Assembly: GCA_963722255.1 (NCBI GenBank) | Contig: CAVRJO010000001.1 | Span: forward strand, 5,398 to 69,397 | Length of the DNA stretch: 64,000 nt | Origin: Candidatus Babeliales bacterium | GTDB lineage: Bacteria; Babelota; Babeliae; Babelales; JANWKD01 | Reading direction: 5' to 3' | Part shown: positions 9,377 through 19,224 of the stretch, piece after piece | How positions within the stretch are numbered: position 1 is the stretch's first letter | How the letters are laid out: each line of letters starts with the position of its first letter | The notes under the pieces: model-generated | What the model saw: the letters and a program-made list of their open reading frames with translations, nothing else | What the model was told of the DNA's origin: nothing | The model's database searches: none | Made by a program: the position numbers and the translations under genes

Positions 9377-10915
9377 ATGAGGTGCCCTATGTCTCCAAAA
9401 AACAGTAATAATTTGGCCATAATACAGTTCTTGTTCATACTTATTGCCACAACCGCTTTTTTAGAAGCAAAAATATCCAATGTGCCTGCTTTTATTTCTA
9501 CAAAAGCACCACGGGAATCAGATGCTCCACCGGTTGTTGGAAGTATCATTACACAATGCAACAATGCTGCTGTTTTACAAACTCTTCATGTTATCGACAA
9601 TGATATAACACAATGTTGTAATGAATTAAAAATCGATTTTAACGGTACCTTTACTACGCTTGCAGAAATTTCTAATCTTTTAACGGCCACATCCTGCATT
9701 GGTATACCAATCACCACTCCTACAACAATCTCTGAATCGGGGTACTACTGCCTTGCTCACGATATAGAAGGACAAATAATCATAGACGCAAACAATGTCG
9801 TACTAGATCTTAATAATCATCGCATAACAACCAACAATTTTGGTGATGCACTCACCGTGACTCAAGGTATCAACAGGATCATAAAAAATGGCATTATAGC
9901 CAATTCAAATTGGGGAATTGTTTTGGATGGTAATACAACTACAGAAGTGAGCAATATAACGTTTAGTTTCTGCGGTTTAGGCGGCATCTTAGTAATAAAT
10001 TCAATAAATCTAATCATTCAATCAATCAGTATGGAGTCTACTACAATTGGTTGTTTTTTTTCACAAAGCAATAATGCTAATGTCCTCAAAGATATCTATA
10101 TCAGTCAACCACAGTTAGGAATGGTCTTTGAAAATCTTGATAATAGTATTATACAGAACTGCCATATATTTGATGGAGACAATCCAGAATTTCCTTTCTT
10201 TGGACCAAGCAATTTTGGCTTTGGATTATTATCAGGAAATAATACTCATTTTGATAGTTGTACAGTAAAACGATATACCGCACTAGGCTCAAGTACTGGT
10301 TTTTTTATAGATAATGCTTCCAATATTGTACTCAAAAACTGTATAACACAATCAATCGCTTCACTTTTTCCTCCCAATACTGCAATCGCTCAGGGTTTTT
10401 GGTACACACAATTGGTTAACAATCTTCAATTACTTAACTGCTCTGCTATAGATATTTCAGGAACAGCTACCTCATATGGATTTCTTTTGCTTGGCAATGA
10501 CTTTGTTGTCGATTCTTGCATAACTCAAAGTAGTTTTTCAAGATTTAGTCCCGCACTCTCCTATGGATTTCTCTGCTCTGGTTCAGATATAACAGTAACA
10601 AACTGTCAAGCGCATGCCGCATTTGAAGGCTTTTTCCTAACAACTCCCGTATCAGCTCAAAAATGTCAAAGCTCATTTAATCATAATGGATTTACCATTT
10701 TGGATCCGACAGCAGTTATTGGTAATTGTATTGCACTTAATAATAGCGTTGGCTTTAATGCATCAAGCCCTGGTTCTGTATATAACTGTTTTGCAGCTCA
10801 GAACAGTCTTATGAACTATTTTAATGTACCTAATACTCAAAATGCAAATGCTCAAGTAGATACTTCCATTGTTGGCCCATCGGGTCCTTTTGCTGGCGGC
10901 AACTTATTTATGTAA
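9377..10915 (+). CDS. Secreted right-handed parallel beta-helix repeat protein
   Basis: Signal-like N-terminus. Repetitive N/I/G-rich rungs (NNVVLDLNNHRITTNN, IIKNGIIANSNWGIVLDGN, IVLKNCITQS, ITVTNCQA) are typical of a pectin-lyase-like fold. Confidence 0.55.
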   Translation: MRCPMSPKNSNNLAIIQFLFILIATTAFLEAKISNVPAFISTKAPRESDAPPVVGSIITQCNNAAVLQTLHVIDNDITQCCNELKIDFNGTFTTLAEISNLLTATSCIGIPITTPTTISESGYYCLAHDIEGQIIIDANNVVLDLNNHRITTNNFGDALTVTQGINRIIKNGIIANSNWGIVLDGNTTTEVSNITFSFCGLGGILVINSINLIIQSISMESTTIGCFFSQSNNANVLKDIYISQPQLGMVFENLDNSIIQNCHIFDGDNPEFPFFGPSNFGFGLLSGNNTHFDSCTVKRYTALGSSTGFFIDNASNIVLKNCITQSIASLFPPNTAIAQGFWYTQLVNNLQLLNCSAIDISGTATSYGFLLLGNDFVVDSCITQSSFSRFSPALSYGFLCSGSDITVTNCQAHAAFEGFFLTTPVSAQKCQSSFNHNGFTILDPTAVIGNCIALNNSVGFNASSPGSVYNCFAAQNSLMNYFNVPNTQNANAQVDTSIVGPSGPFAGGNLFM

Positions 10916-10934
10916 ATTGATTTGATAAAAAAGA

Positions 10935-10958
10935 AGGGAGGATCATATGATCCTCCCT
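10935..10958. terminator. 24-nt perfect palindrome between convergent genes
   Basis: AGGGAGGATCAT|ATGATCCTCCCT. A T-run follows on the minus strand only, so it mainly suits the giant gene. Confidence 0.6.
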
Positions 10959-10971
10959 AAAAATAAGATAG

Positions 10972-13900
10972 CTATTTTTTACCACGCCGTTTAGTAATTC
11001 GGCGCGATTTTAGTCTTTTAACCGGTTTCACGGTCGATAGTTGTGATGCCGGTTTAGCTGCAAGTGGCGACGGCGTAACCTTACCAGCAGGCTGTTCTTC
11101 ACTCATAAGTCTATACATTAATTTCGCATTACCATCTTTATCATAGACTACCGAAAGTTGTATAGTATCTAGAAGCGTATAAAGCTGTGGTGCATTAAGT
11201 GATACTCCAGATGGGAACCCTGAAGGATCATATAAAATACCATTACTCAAATCAATATACCAGCCTTCAAGTCCTGGTGATGCGTATATTTTGTTAACAT
11301 CTTGAGCCTGCCCAAGTTTATATACAAATCGTTTTGTTTTACCAGTTACAAGGTTATTAATAAACAGAGTTCCACTATCATCTACTGAAATATATCGTAA
11401 GTTATCTCGTGCTTGATTTTTAAAATCTTCAGAAAGATTCGTTGGAAAAATTACATCGCTTTCACTGACATTACCGCTTGGGTCTAAAATAGATGCCAAG
11501 GCAACACCACTCACAGGCTCTTCTTTTGTTTGCTCTTTTGGTTTTTTCTTATGCTTTATTGTTGGCACATAAGGCGTTACATTTAATCCAAAACCACCCT
11601 TTGCGCTGCCAATTTGCGATGGATCACCATGTTTAAGATTGTATAAATTCAAACTATACGTTTTCTGCTCAAGTGGAACAACTTCAGGTTGCGTACTAAG
11701 CACATAGAGATCATACTCATAGTCATATATCTTAGATCCATCCTCAAAGCTAATCCATTCTGCCGTTAGATTCAATCCTTGCGGACCAGTTGCTGGTAGC
11801 AAATTTTTCTTGCTTTGCGTAATAGTTACCGTTCGTGTTGATCCATCAGAATTTTTAACAGTGATACTGTTGCCCCTTAATGGACATAATTGATCTTGAT
11901 AAATCACCGCTGTGATCTTATGATTTGTATCAAAAACAATACCGATGGTTTTTGGTATTTTAATTGTTGCCGTTGGATCTATATAGTTATCATCGTCATC
12001 AAACTTACCTTTTTCGATTGACTCACCTTTATTTCGCGTCTGCGCGTATAAAAGCAAGGAATAGGCTTGAGCAGGATCTTTACCAAATTGGCCAAGGAGT
12101 ACTGGTGTGGTCGCCGATTCAGCATTGCCAACTTTACTCACATCCCATACAAGATAGTAGGGGAAAGGAACACCCGTTTTATCGATTGTCTCGCCTCCAC
12201 CGGGTGATGCACTTTTTGTTGCTTGAAAAAGCTGTATTTTACTATCCGGATCATTATCATTAACCATGACGCAATAACTACCTTTTGCATTATAGGGTGC
12301 ATCAGTTTTCATAGCGTAGAAGTTTCCAACCATCGTATAAAAACTGAACTCTTTCGTGGCTGCTTTATACAACGCGACTTTCAAAATATCAAATGCATCA
12401 TTACCAATAAAGATCATATCGCCAGAATTTTTAGTGGTATAGACCGCTGATTCAAACCAGCGAGGCATCCCATCAGGATTATACGCATACCCTGAAGTTA
12501 AGTTTATATAGGTTTTGTTCGGCGTCGTTACTTTGACAAAGAAGGTATCAAGTTTGGTATGATACAAGAAGTCAAAACTAGTATTGTGTGCTGTATCGAC
12601 CAAGGTTTCAAATCCGGTTGATTTTAAATAACTTGTAGAACCGGGTGTTTCACCAAAAGGAACTGACGGCGCTGTAATACCAATAGTTTTTGTTTGAACC
12701 CCATTGCTCGCTACATTAATTCCAGCAAATGCACGAGCCGCCATCAATGCCCAACCGGGTCCTGAAATAACCTTTTTTCTTTTTTGAGTCGTAGGATCTG
12801 TAATCCATTTTTTATCAGGAACAAGCAATACTTGAGCATTACCATCACTATCATAGATCATACCCATATTATAGTCTTTATTATTTGCACCAAGTCCGGT
12901 AGGATCAAAATTATAATCTATGTACATACGATCAGGCCCCGGCCCATCGGAAGGAACATCAAGCTCTTTACCCGTTGAATCGGTAGGTTTTGGCGAACTC
13001 ACATATCCTGGTGTCACTGCATAATATTTTTTACCGGCTTCATGATACTTAAGATAACGCGGTAGAAGATTTGGATTATCAATATAGGGAAGTTTATCAA
13101 GTGTCACTTTTAAATTACTTCCTAGAGCAGGATATTTTTTAGCATATTCAGCTTCTGCTTCAGCAAGCTCATCCTCTTCGGCTTTGAGACTTCTTTCAAG
13201 ACTATCAGTTAACTTAGCAATAGCATTTTTTAATTCCGGACGAATTGCTTCGCCAGATCGTGTTTCAATTGCCTGCAATGTTCTTGTCGTAAAACCTTTA
13301 ATATCGGTAATACTAGTTTCTCCTTTTGCACTATTTACCACAAATTGGTCATAGGTGCCAAGATAATTATTATCTACACCATAGGATGCACCAGAAATTA
13401 AACTTGCAACAGCATAAGTATTTCCGCTGCTGATATTCGTTCCAAAAGTATAGTGCCAATAAAGCGGTTTTCCATCTTTAAGGACAGGTTGGCCACCATC
13501 CATTACCGGTGGGCATCCATCTGCACATCCTTCAGTCGTTGCAGTTCTTTCAATGCATACAAAATAGTTGGTAATTTGAGAAACAATAGAAGGAATTGGA
13601 TTTCCTTTTTCATCAAGAGGATTACCAAGCTTAGTCACATCAGCATAAATATACTGACTCTTCAAATAATCTTCTTTTGCAATATAAAAATTAAATTGTG
13701 CAAAATCGGTATTGCTACCATATAAATTACGCGCTATACGTGCATTATAAGCCTGTTCTGAACGCTGTACTTCAGCAAGTAAATCCGGAGAAAATTTCGC
13801 AGATCTTTGGACTCTTGCCAGAATTGTTTGAAGATCAAGAGGCTTTTGGTCAACGCGCTCTCCCGGCACCTTCCCCTCTTGTGCCTGCGCCGAATAGACA

Positions 13901-16900
13901 TGCCCCGTTGAAAGACTTACTGCATACTGTTGCGGACTACCTGCATTATAGGGCTCTCCTGCATTGGTTCCTTGAGCATCGGTAGCCAACACAAAATATT
14001 CATCAGGAACAGTATCCAATCGATAGACAAAATTTTGATTGATAATTGCTGCTTCACTTACTGCAGTAAGCTTAACATTTTGCAGTGAACCCTCAGGCGT
14101 AAAATTAAAGGGCCCCATCTGACGTGCAACAATCATAGGATCGGTAAGATCAAGCGATTTGCGCCAAGCATCATGAGAAGCTATTATAGCCTCCTGAAGA
14201 TTTTTTTCATTTGCAGTAAGAAAATCGTTAATTGATAAAGGCTTTTCATCTTGAGGTGAAAAACTATACTGATTTAATGCCCAATCCGGAGGATTAGGCA
14301 AATCTTTGCCATTGCACTTTGTCGGATTGATCGAACCTTCAACAAAAAGAGTATATAATGGGGCCTTCTCATTTGTACCACCACCTAATTTTTTACCCTC
14401 TTCTGTTGAACAAGCAGTAATTGCTCCAGGTACTTTTTGTAAGAACTTCTTCTGGCTTGTAGTAACTTGTTCAGGTGCACCTTCAGATTTCTTCATAATG
14501 TAATAATCTAGTTTTACATTCTGCGGTTTAAATAAACTATCATAAATACGCGATGTCACCAAGCTTATAAAATTTCCAACGGCTCCAGGCAACTGCATCA
14601 CGGCGCCGCTCCTATCCAGAGCTATTACATAATCATCAATGCCATTTCCTAGATATCCGGGGACTTTATAAATATATATTCCTTTAGAAAACCATGCTCT
14701 ATTTATCGACATGGTAACTAAACCAATAGAAAAAGGTCCGAATTGAGCCTGTTTGCCTAAAAACTGTTGCATCTGTGCAATCTGACTAAAAACTCTATCT
14801 TTATTAGGACTTTGAACATTTTTAAACGAACTACCTTCAAGGCTTGTAATAAGTTCCTCGACTTTTTTGACGTTATCTTTATCGTATACACCCCAATCTT
14901 TTTTATTTTTAGCATATAAAGTCAAAGAAGGATCAAGCAAACTTACCATATATACGATGTCGGGATTTAAGGTATAAGAAGCATAGTTATACGGTGCTTG
15001 GGGTTGAGGTGTTTGTAAAGGTACTATATTATATCCCTCATCAAGCATTATAACGTAATCAACTAAATCTTGTGCCGCAACAGCTTGATCTATATCATCA
15101 TGAGAAATTGTTGAACGAATATTTTTTATAAAAGGAGTATCTTTTGTTTGATAAATATAGAGCCCCCAGCCAACATAAGGATCATTAGGTGCTGCAGGAT
15201 AAACAGCTTTTTCTGATGCAGAGCCTTGTGATAAAAGATTCCACATATCAATATCATTTTTATTTTGTGTAGCAAGTCCTCTAAAACCTTGCACTTGGAA
15301 ATCACCAAAGGTAGTTCCATTCTGAAGCCCAGTCAGTGTACGTTGCAAAATTGGAGGATATGATTCTTTCACATTTTTGTTAGGTTTTTCAAATAACGCT
15401 GCAATAGTTTTGTCACCTGCATAACCACTTGCATGCATACTAAACATGGAATATGATTCACCAACTGGTCCTGATTTGACTTCACCAGCTAAATCATCAA
15501 GAGTTTGCAAGAGATCTTTTTCTCGTGGATCACTATCATCAAGCAAAGGAATTGTTGGTTTTTCATCATTAAAAGCGACACCATCTCCTACAAAAACAAA
15601 ACCTGTATCTAAATGAAGCATAACATGAGGAAAATTAGGATCAGTAATACCATATGCAGCAAGATCTCCATATTCAGATTTAGAACCATAATAGTTTGCC
15701 GTATCTAAAAAGTTTTTTGTTAATTTTTGATCTTTTGAAGGGACTCCTGCATAGACAAATTTTGATTGCGTTGGTTCTGCTTCATCAATAAGATCATCAG
15801 GCAAACGCATCTTGATATTACCAAAAATCTGCAATGATCGAAGCGTATCAAGTAACGCCATTTTTTGTGCCCATGCGTTTACTTGATCCAGAATAAGTTG
15901 CGGTATCATGAAAGCTCCCGCTTGAAAGAGCATTTCTGCGGTGGATTTTGTTAATCCCCATCCTTTTCCTGCAACCCACTTTGTTCCTTTCCACGCTCCT
16001 TTACCAACGCCTTTTGCAGCTGCCCATGCATCAGTGGGTAATTCAGGCAACTTTGGTTCTATCGTTGTCTTAAGCTTTGTACCTATATAATCTTTGCTCC
16101 AACCCTGACCTTCAAAATAACTATGCGCTTCTTTCCAATCCTTGCTTGCTTGAGTGTATTTTTCATTTGCTTCATCATAGGCTTTTTGGGCATCAGCAAT
16201 TCCTCCTTCCTTTTCAGTGCCTTTAAAAATTTCTTTTGCTGTTTTTAATTCTTGTTTTGCCGTATCGCGACTCGCTTTTGCTTGCTCATAGTCTTGGTAT
16301 TTCTGTTTCAACTCAACTTCACGAGCAGCTTTATTAGCATCCTTTGCACCCTTTTTTGCATCATCCAAATTTTTTTTGGCATCCCTAATATTATCATCAC
16401 CTTTTGCTTTTTTTAATTCCTCTTTTGCTGAAACTCGTTTTAGTCGTGCAGCTTCAGCTGCATCATTTGCAGATTTGACCTCTGCTTTAGCACTTGTTTT
16501 ATATGCTGATTTGGCATCTGCAATAGTTTTTTTATAGGATTCAACTTTGGATTTAAATTCTTCTCCGGATAGTTCACCAGGATTCTTTAAGAAATCTTGT
16601 AAATCTTTTTCCATGCCAGCAACAGTCTCATGAGATACAATCTCAGTTGCTTCCTCCACTGGCATTGGCGCTTCTGGCGCAACTCCAACGTTAGTTGCCC
16701 GAACTTCATCACCAGGAATTAATTTTGCATCTTGAAAAGGTTTAGCCAGATTAGAATCAATACGATCAAGAACTTTAAATTGGTCAAAACTTAGTCCTTT
16801 CGTAGCCATTTTTTGTGCTTCTGCAAAAAAATTTTCTTTTTGCACATTTGCTAAATTTTTAAGTTCACTATCTAAATCCTGAGTTTTTAGTTCCTCTAAA

Positions 16901-17214
16901 AAAGACTTTTGTGCTTTTACTGAATTTGCAAATTCTTTAATATTGTTTCTCAGACGAGCTCTGAAATCAGCTCCCAAATCTTCCATTTGTTTAGCAGTTA
17001 AACTTCCGAACTGTTCCTCGATAGCACTTTGCGTTCTTGTAAAAAGTTCGGTACCTTCTGCGATACCCTCGCCTTTTAAAAACTGGGCAGCATCCTCAGC
17101 AAGCGATACAACTTCCATCCCCCAAAGCTGACAACTTCCAAGCACAATCCATGCAATTAAAAAAAATTGAAAAACAAAAAGATTTCTATTTTTGCTTCTA
17201 AGATTAAGATTCAT
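10972..17214 (-). CDS. Giant (2080 aa) secreted or surface hypothetical protein
   Basis: Uninterrupted 6.2-kb ORF with an N-terminal hydrophobic leader, a K/A/E/D-rich helical segment (about aa 225-375) and a strongly basic C-terminal tail, KRLKSRRITKRRGKK. Confidence 0.7.
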   Translation of the reverse strand: MNLNLRSKNRNLFVFQFFLIAWIVLGSCQLWGMEVVSLAEDAAQFLKGEGIAEGTELFTRTQSAIEEQFGSLTAKQMEDLGADFRARLRNNIKEFANSVKAQKSFLEELKTQDLDSELKNLANVQKENFFAEAQKMATKGLSFDQFKVLDRIDSNLAKPFQDAKLIPGDEVRATNVGVAPEAPMPVEEATEIVSHETVAGMEKDLQDFLKNPGELSGEEFKSKVESYKKTIADAKSAYKTSAKAEVKSANDAAEAARLKRVSAKEELKKAKGDDNIRDAKKNLDDAKKGAKDANKAAREVELKQKYQDYEQAKASRDTAKQELKTAKEIFKGTEKEGGIADAQKAYDEANEKYTQASKDWKEAHSYFEGQGWSKDYIGTKLKTTIEPKLPELPTDAWAAAKGVGKGAWKGTKWVAGKGWGLTKSTAEMLFQAGAFMIPQLILDQVNAWAQKMALLDTLRSLQIFGNIKMRLPDDLIDEAEPTQSKFVYAGVPSKDQKLTKNFLDTANYYGSKSEYGDLAAYGITDPNFPHVMLHLDTGFVFVGDGVAFNDEKPTIPLLDDSDPREKDLLQTLDDLAGEVKSGPVGESYSMFSMHASGYAGDKTIAALFEKPNKNVKESYPPILQRTLTGLQNGTTFGDFQVQGFRGLATQNKNDIDMWNLLSQGSASEKAVYPAAPNDPYVGWGLYIYQTKDTPFIKNIRSTISHDDIDQAVAAQDLVDYVIMLDEGYNIVPLQTPQPQAPYNYASYTLNPDIVYMVSLLDPSLTLYAKNKKDWGVYDKDNVKKVEELITSLEGSSFKNVQSPNKDRVFSQIAQMQQFLGKQAQFGPFSIGLVTMSINRAWFSKGIYIYKVPGYLGNGIDDYVIALDRSGAVMQLPGAVGNFISLVTSRIYDSLFKPQNVKLDYYIMKKSEGAPEQVTTSQKKFLQKVPGAITACSTEEGKKLGGGTNEKAPLYTLFVEGSINPTKCNGKDLPNPPDWALNQYSFSPQDEKPLSINDFLTANEKNLQEAIIASHDAWRKSLDLTDPMIVARQMGPFNFTPEGSLQNVKLTAVSEAAIINQNFVYRLDTVPDEYFVLATDAQGTNAGEPYNAGSPQQYAVSLSTGHVYSAQAQEGKVPGERVDQKPLDLQTILARVQRSAKFSPDLLAEVQRSEQAYNARIARNLYGSNTDFAQFNFYIAKEDYLKSQYIYADVTKLGNPLDEKGNPIPSIVSQITNYFVCIERTATTEGCADGCPPVMDGGQPVLKDGKPLYWHYTFGTNISSGNTYAVASLISGASYGVDNNYLGTYDQFVVNSAKGETSITDIKGFTTRTLQAIETRSGEAIRPELKNAIAKLTDSLERSLKAEEDELAEAEAEYAKKYPALGSNLKVTLDKLPYIDNPNLLPRYLKYHEAGKKYYAVTPGYVSSPKPTDSTGKELDVPSDGPGPDRMYIDYNFDPTGLGANNKDYNMGMIYDSDGNAQVLLVPDKKWITDPTTQKRKKVISGPGWALMAARAFAGINVASNGVQTKTIGITAPSVPFGETPGSTSYLKSTGFETLVDTAHNTSFDFLYHTKLDTFFVKVTTPNKTYINLTSGYAYNPDGMPRWFESAVYTTKNSGDMIFIGNDAFDILKVALYKAATKEFSFYTMVGNFYAMKTDAPYNAKGSYCVMVNDNDPDSKIQLFQATKSASPGGGETIDKTGVPFPYYLVWDVSKVGNAESATTPVLLGQFGKDPAQAYSLLLYAQTRNKGESIEKGKFDDDDNYIDPTATIKIPKTIGIVFDTNHKITAVIYQDQLCPLRGNSITVKNSDGSTRTVTITQSKKNLLPATGPQGLNLTAEWISFEDGSKIYDYEYDLYVLSTQPEVVPLEQKTYSLNLYNLKHGDPSQIGSAKGGFGLNVTPYVPTIKHKKKPKEQTKEEPVSGVALASILDPSGNVSESDVIFPTNLSEDFKNQARDNLRYISVDDSGTLFINNLVTGKTKRFVYKLGQAQDVNKIYASPGLEGWYIDLSNGILYDPSGFPSGVSLNAPQLYTLLDTIQLSVVYDKDGNAKLMYRLMSEEQPAGKVTPSPLAAKPASQLSTVKPVKRLKSRRITKRRGKK

Positions 17215-17324
17215 ACAACTCCTACATCAAAAAACAGAGCAAATTCGATTATTATCTTTGAGTTTAATAAGGAGATCCAAACAAATTCAAGACTTGTGCA
17301 AAACCATTGCTTCAAAAAAATATT

Positions 17325-17948
17325 CTACCAGCAGCGACCACATCCCCAACCACCATAGATACCCCAACCACAAGGGCGATAACAACCATAACCTAGACCA
17401 TAGCCAAAACCACACCCATTAGCCCAATATGGTCCCCAGGCTGCCCATCCAGCAAGTTGTGCTGCCTCTTTTTCCTTCCGTTCTTTTCTTTTATCATGAA
17501 GGATAGCATCTATATCTTGACCAAGATAATTTTCTATAAGGTTGTTGATATCATATTCATGGGGAAATCCTGATAAAACTGCACCTTGAATCGGCATTCC
17601 ATTTTCAAAAAGCATCAATGTCGGAAATTGAGAAAAACCAAATTCGCGTGCAAGTTCAGGTGTTGAACTACAATTCATCATAATAAAATCAAGCTCTGCC
17701 TGGAAATATCGCCCATTTTGGCTTACTGCTTGAACTCTATTTCGGAGCTCTTTATAATCTTCTTTACAACATCGATCTTTTGAATAACAGTAAAATTGCA
17801 CTACCGCCAAATAGGCTTGATTAATACGAGAAAAAAGACGACTTCGTGAATTCATTTCAAAAACTCGACCGTGAACTAATCCAATACCTACAAAGAGTAC
17901 TAGTGCAAAGAAAACACGAAAATATAATGATATTAAAAATTTCTTCAT
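17325..17948 (-). CDS. Thioredoxin-fold protein lacking a canonical CxxC, with a Gly/Cys/Trp/Tyr-rich C-terminal tail
   Basis: Signal-like leader. FPTLMLFENGMPIQG is the thioredoxin beta-strand motif. The active-site position reads YCYSKDRCC. The tail is GWAAWGPYWANGCGFGYGLGYGCYRPCGWGIYGGWGCGRCW. Confidence 0.55.
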   Translation of the reverse strand: MKKFLISLYFRVFFALVLFVGIGLVHGRVFEMNSRSRLFSRINQAYLAVVQFYCYSKDRCCKEDYKELRNRVQAVSQNGRYFQAELDFIMMNCSSTPELAREFGFSQFPTLMLFENGMPIQGAVLSGFPHEYDINNLIENYLGQDIDAILHDKRKERKEKEAAQLAGWAAWGPYWANGCGFGYGLGYGCYRPCGWGIYGGWGCGRCW

Positions 17949-17980
17949 GCTTTCTCCGCATTAAACTACTTAACCAACCG

Positions 17981-19045
17981 TTACGCTGCTTGTACATAGT
18001 TATCTTCATTAATTTTTTGCTGCTTCTTGGTTATATAGGATTTATCAAGAACAGATTGAATAAATCGTTTAACTTTATAAGCATACTTCTCAGGATTATA
18101 AAAGAATGAATCAAAATGACGACGGCCTGCCGTAAGCCATAAACGTTTATACCCTGCAGCGTTTTTAAAAAGATTTTTTGCTGCATCAACAGGAACTTTC
18201 TCATCATTATAACAATGAATTATTTCTATCGGCACCGTAATTTTTTTTATAGAATTTATAGGATGAACGGGATAAATATAGGTGTTTGTTGTTGTAGCAT
18301 CCATATTTGCAACCGTTTTTAGTAACGTTTTCAAAAGAGATTGAACATAGGGATGAAAAGCATATTTTTCTAAAAAGCTTCTTCCCGGTAATGCAAAAGA
18401 GTAGCCACATATACTAAACTGCATATTTTCTAAGCCCTTTTTAATCACATTTTTACTACGATCATAGGGACAATCTAAAATCATCATGTCAAAAAGATCA
18501 GGATTAGCCGCTTGAGCCTCAATGCCGGCAACTGCACCCATTGAAAACCCATAAGCTATGCGCGGCAAATTTTTCAAATCAGGTCGAGACCTTATATAAT
18601 TAACAGCTGCAATTACATCATGCGCCTCATCTTTGCCAAAAGTACAATATTGACATTCATCAACATTTTCACCATGTGCTCTAAAATCAAAGGTAACAAC
18701 ATGAAAATCTTGAAAAAGCAAAGCACGTAAAAAAGAGCTTTCAAATTTTGTACACATAAATCCATTAAGTATAAAAACGACCGCTTTTGCATTTTTTCTC
18801 TTGAGTAGAAAACCATCGCGCAAAATCGTTTCATCAGATTCTGCATCCTTTGCAGAATGAAATGAAATACGTTCTAAGGTACCTTGTGGTTGAAAATATT
18901 TATTTTGAGTTGTTAAAAACTCCGACATCGCTTCATGTGTTTCCTGGTCTACTGCAAACGACGGAATAGATAGTATCATCAGGCTTACCACTATGAAAGA
19001 TCGTATATGTCGTTTAATGCTTAATCGCGTACAAGGCGTAACCAC
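17981..19045 (-). CDS. Alpha/beta-fold hydrolase with an N-terminal membrane anchor or signal
   Basis: Nucleophile elbow GFSMGA, an upstream FILNGF (oxyanion region), and Asp/His candidates in the C-terminal part (HCYNDEKV, RRHFDSF). Confidence 0.65.
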   Translation of the reverse strand: MVTPCTRLSIKRHIRSFIVVSLMILSIPSFAVDQETHEAMSEFLTTQNKYFQPQGTLERISFHSAKDAESDETILRDGFLLKRKNAKAVVFILNGFMCTKFESSFLRALLFQDFHVVTFDFRAHGENVDECQYCTFGKDEAHDVIAAVNYIRSRPDLKNLPRIAYGFSMGAVAGIEAQAANPDLFDMMILDCPYDRSKNVIKKGLENMQFSICGYSFALPGRSFLEKYAFHPYVQSLLKTLLKTVANMDATTTNTYIYPVHPINSIKKITVPIEIIHCYNDEKVPVDAAKNLFKNAAGYKRLWLTAGRRHFDSFFYNPEKYAYKVKRFIQSVLDKSYITKKQQKINEDNYVQAA

Positions 19046-19224
19046 AGCTTTTCCTTTCGCATTGGTGGCTTATAAGGTACAAAGACATTATGATCTTAAC
19101 AAATTGAATTTTCTATTTGCAATAATTTTTATAAATAAAAGGAAAAGAGCCCTTGCTGAGCGCATAATTACAACACAACAAGAGCTCTTAATTAATTATT
19201 AAATTTTTTCAGACTGTAAATTTG

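Noticed and set aside
11964-17131. Numerous 60-100-aa ORFs on both strands within 10972..17214, for example 11964..12263, 13453..13725, 13698..13985 and 15126..15320
   Set aside because: All are embedded in the uninterrupted 6.2-kb giant ORF, antisense or out of frame. None has recognisable features.
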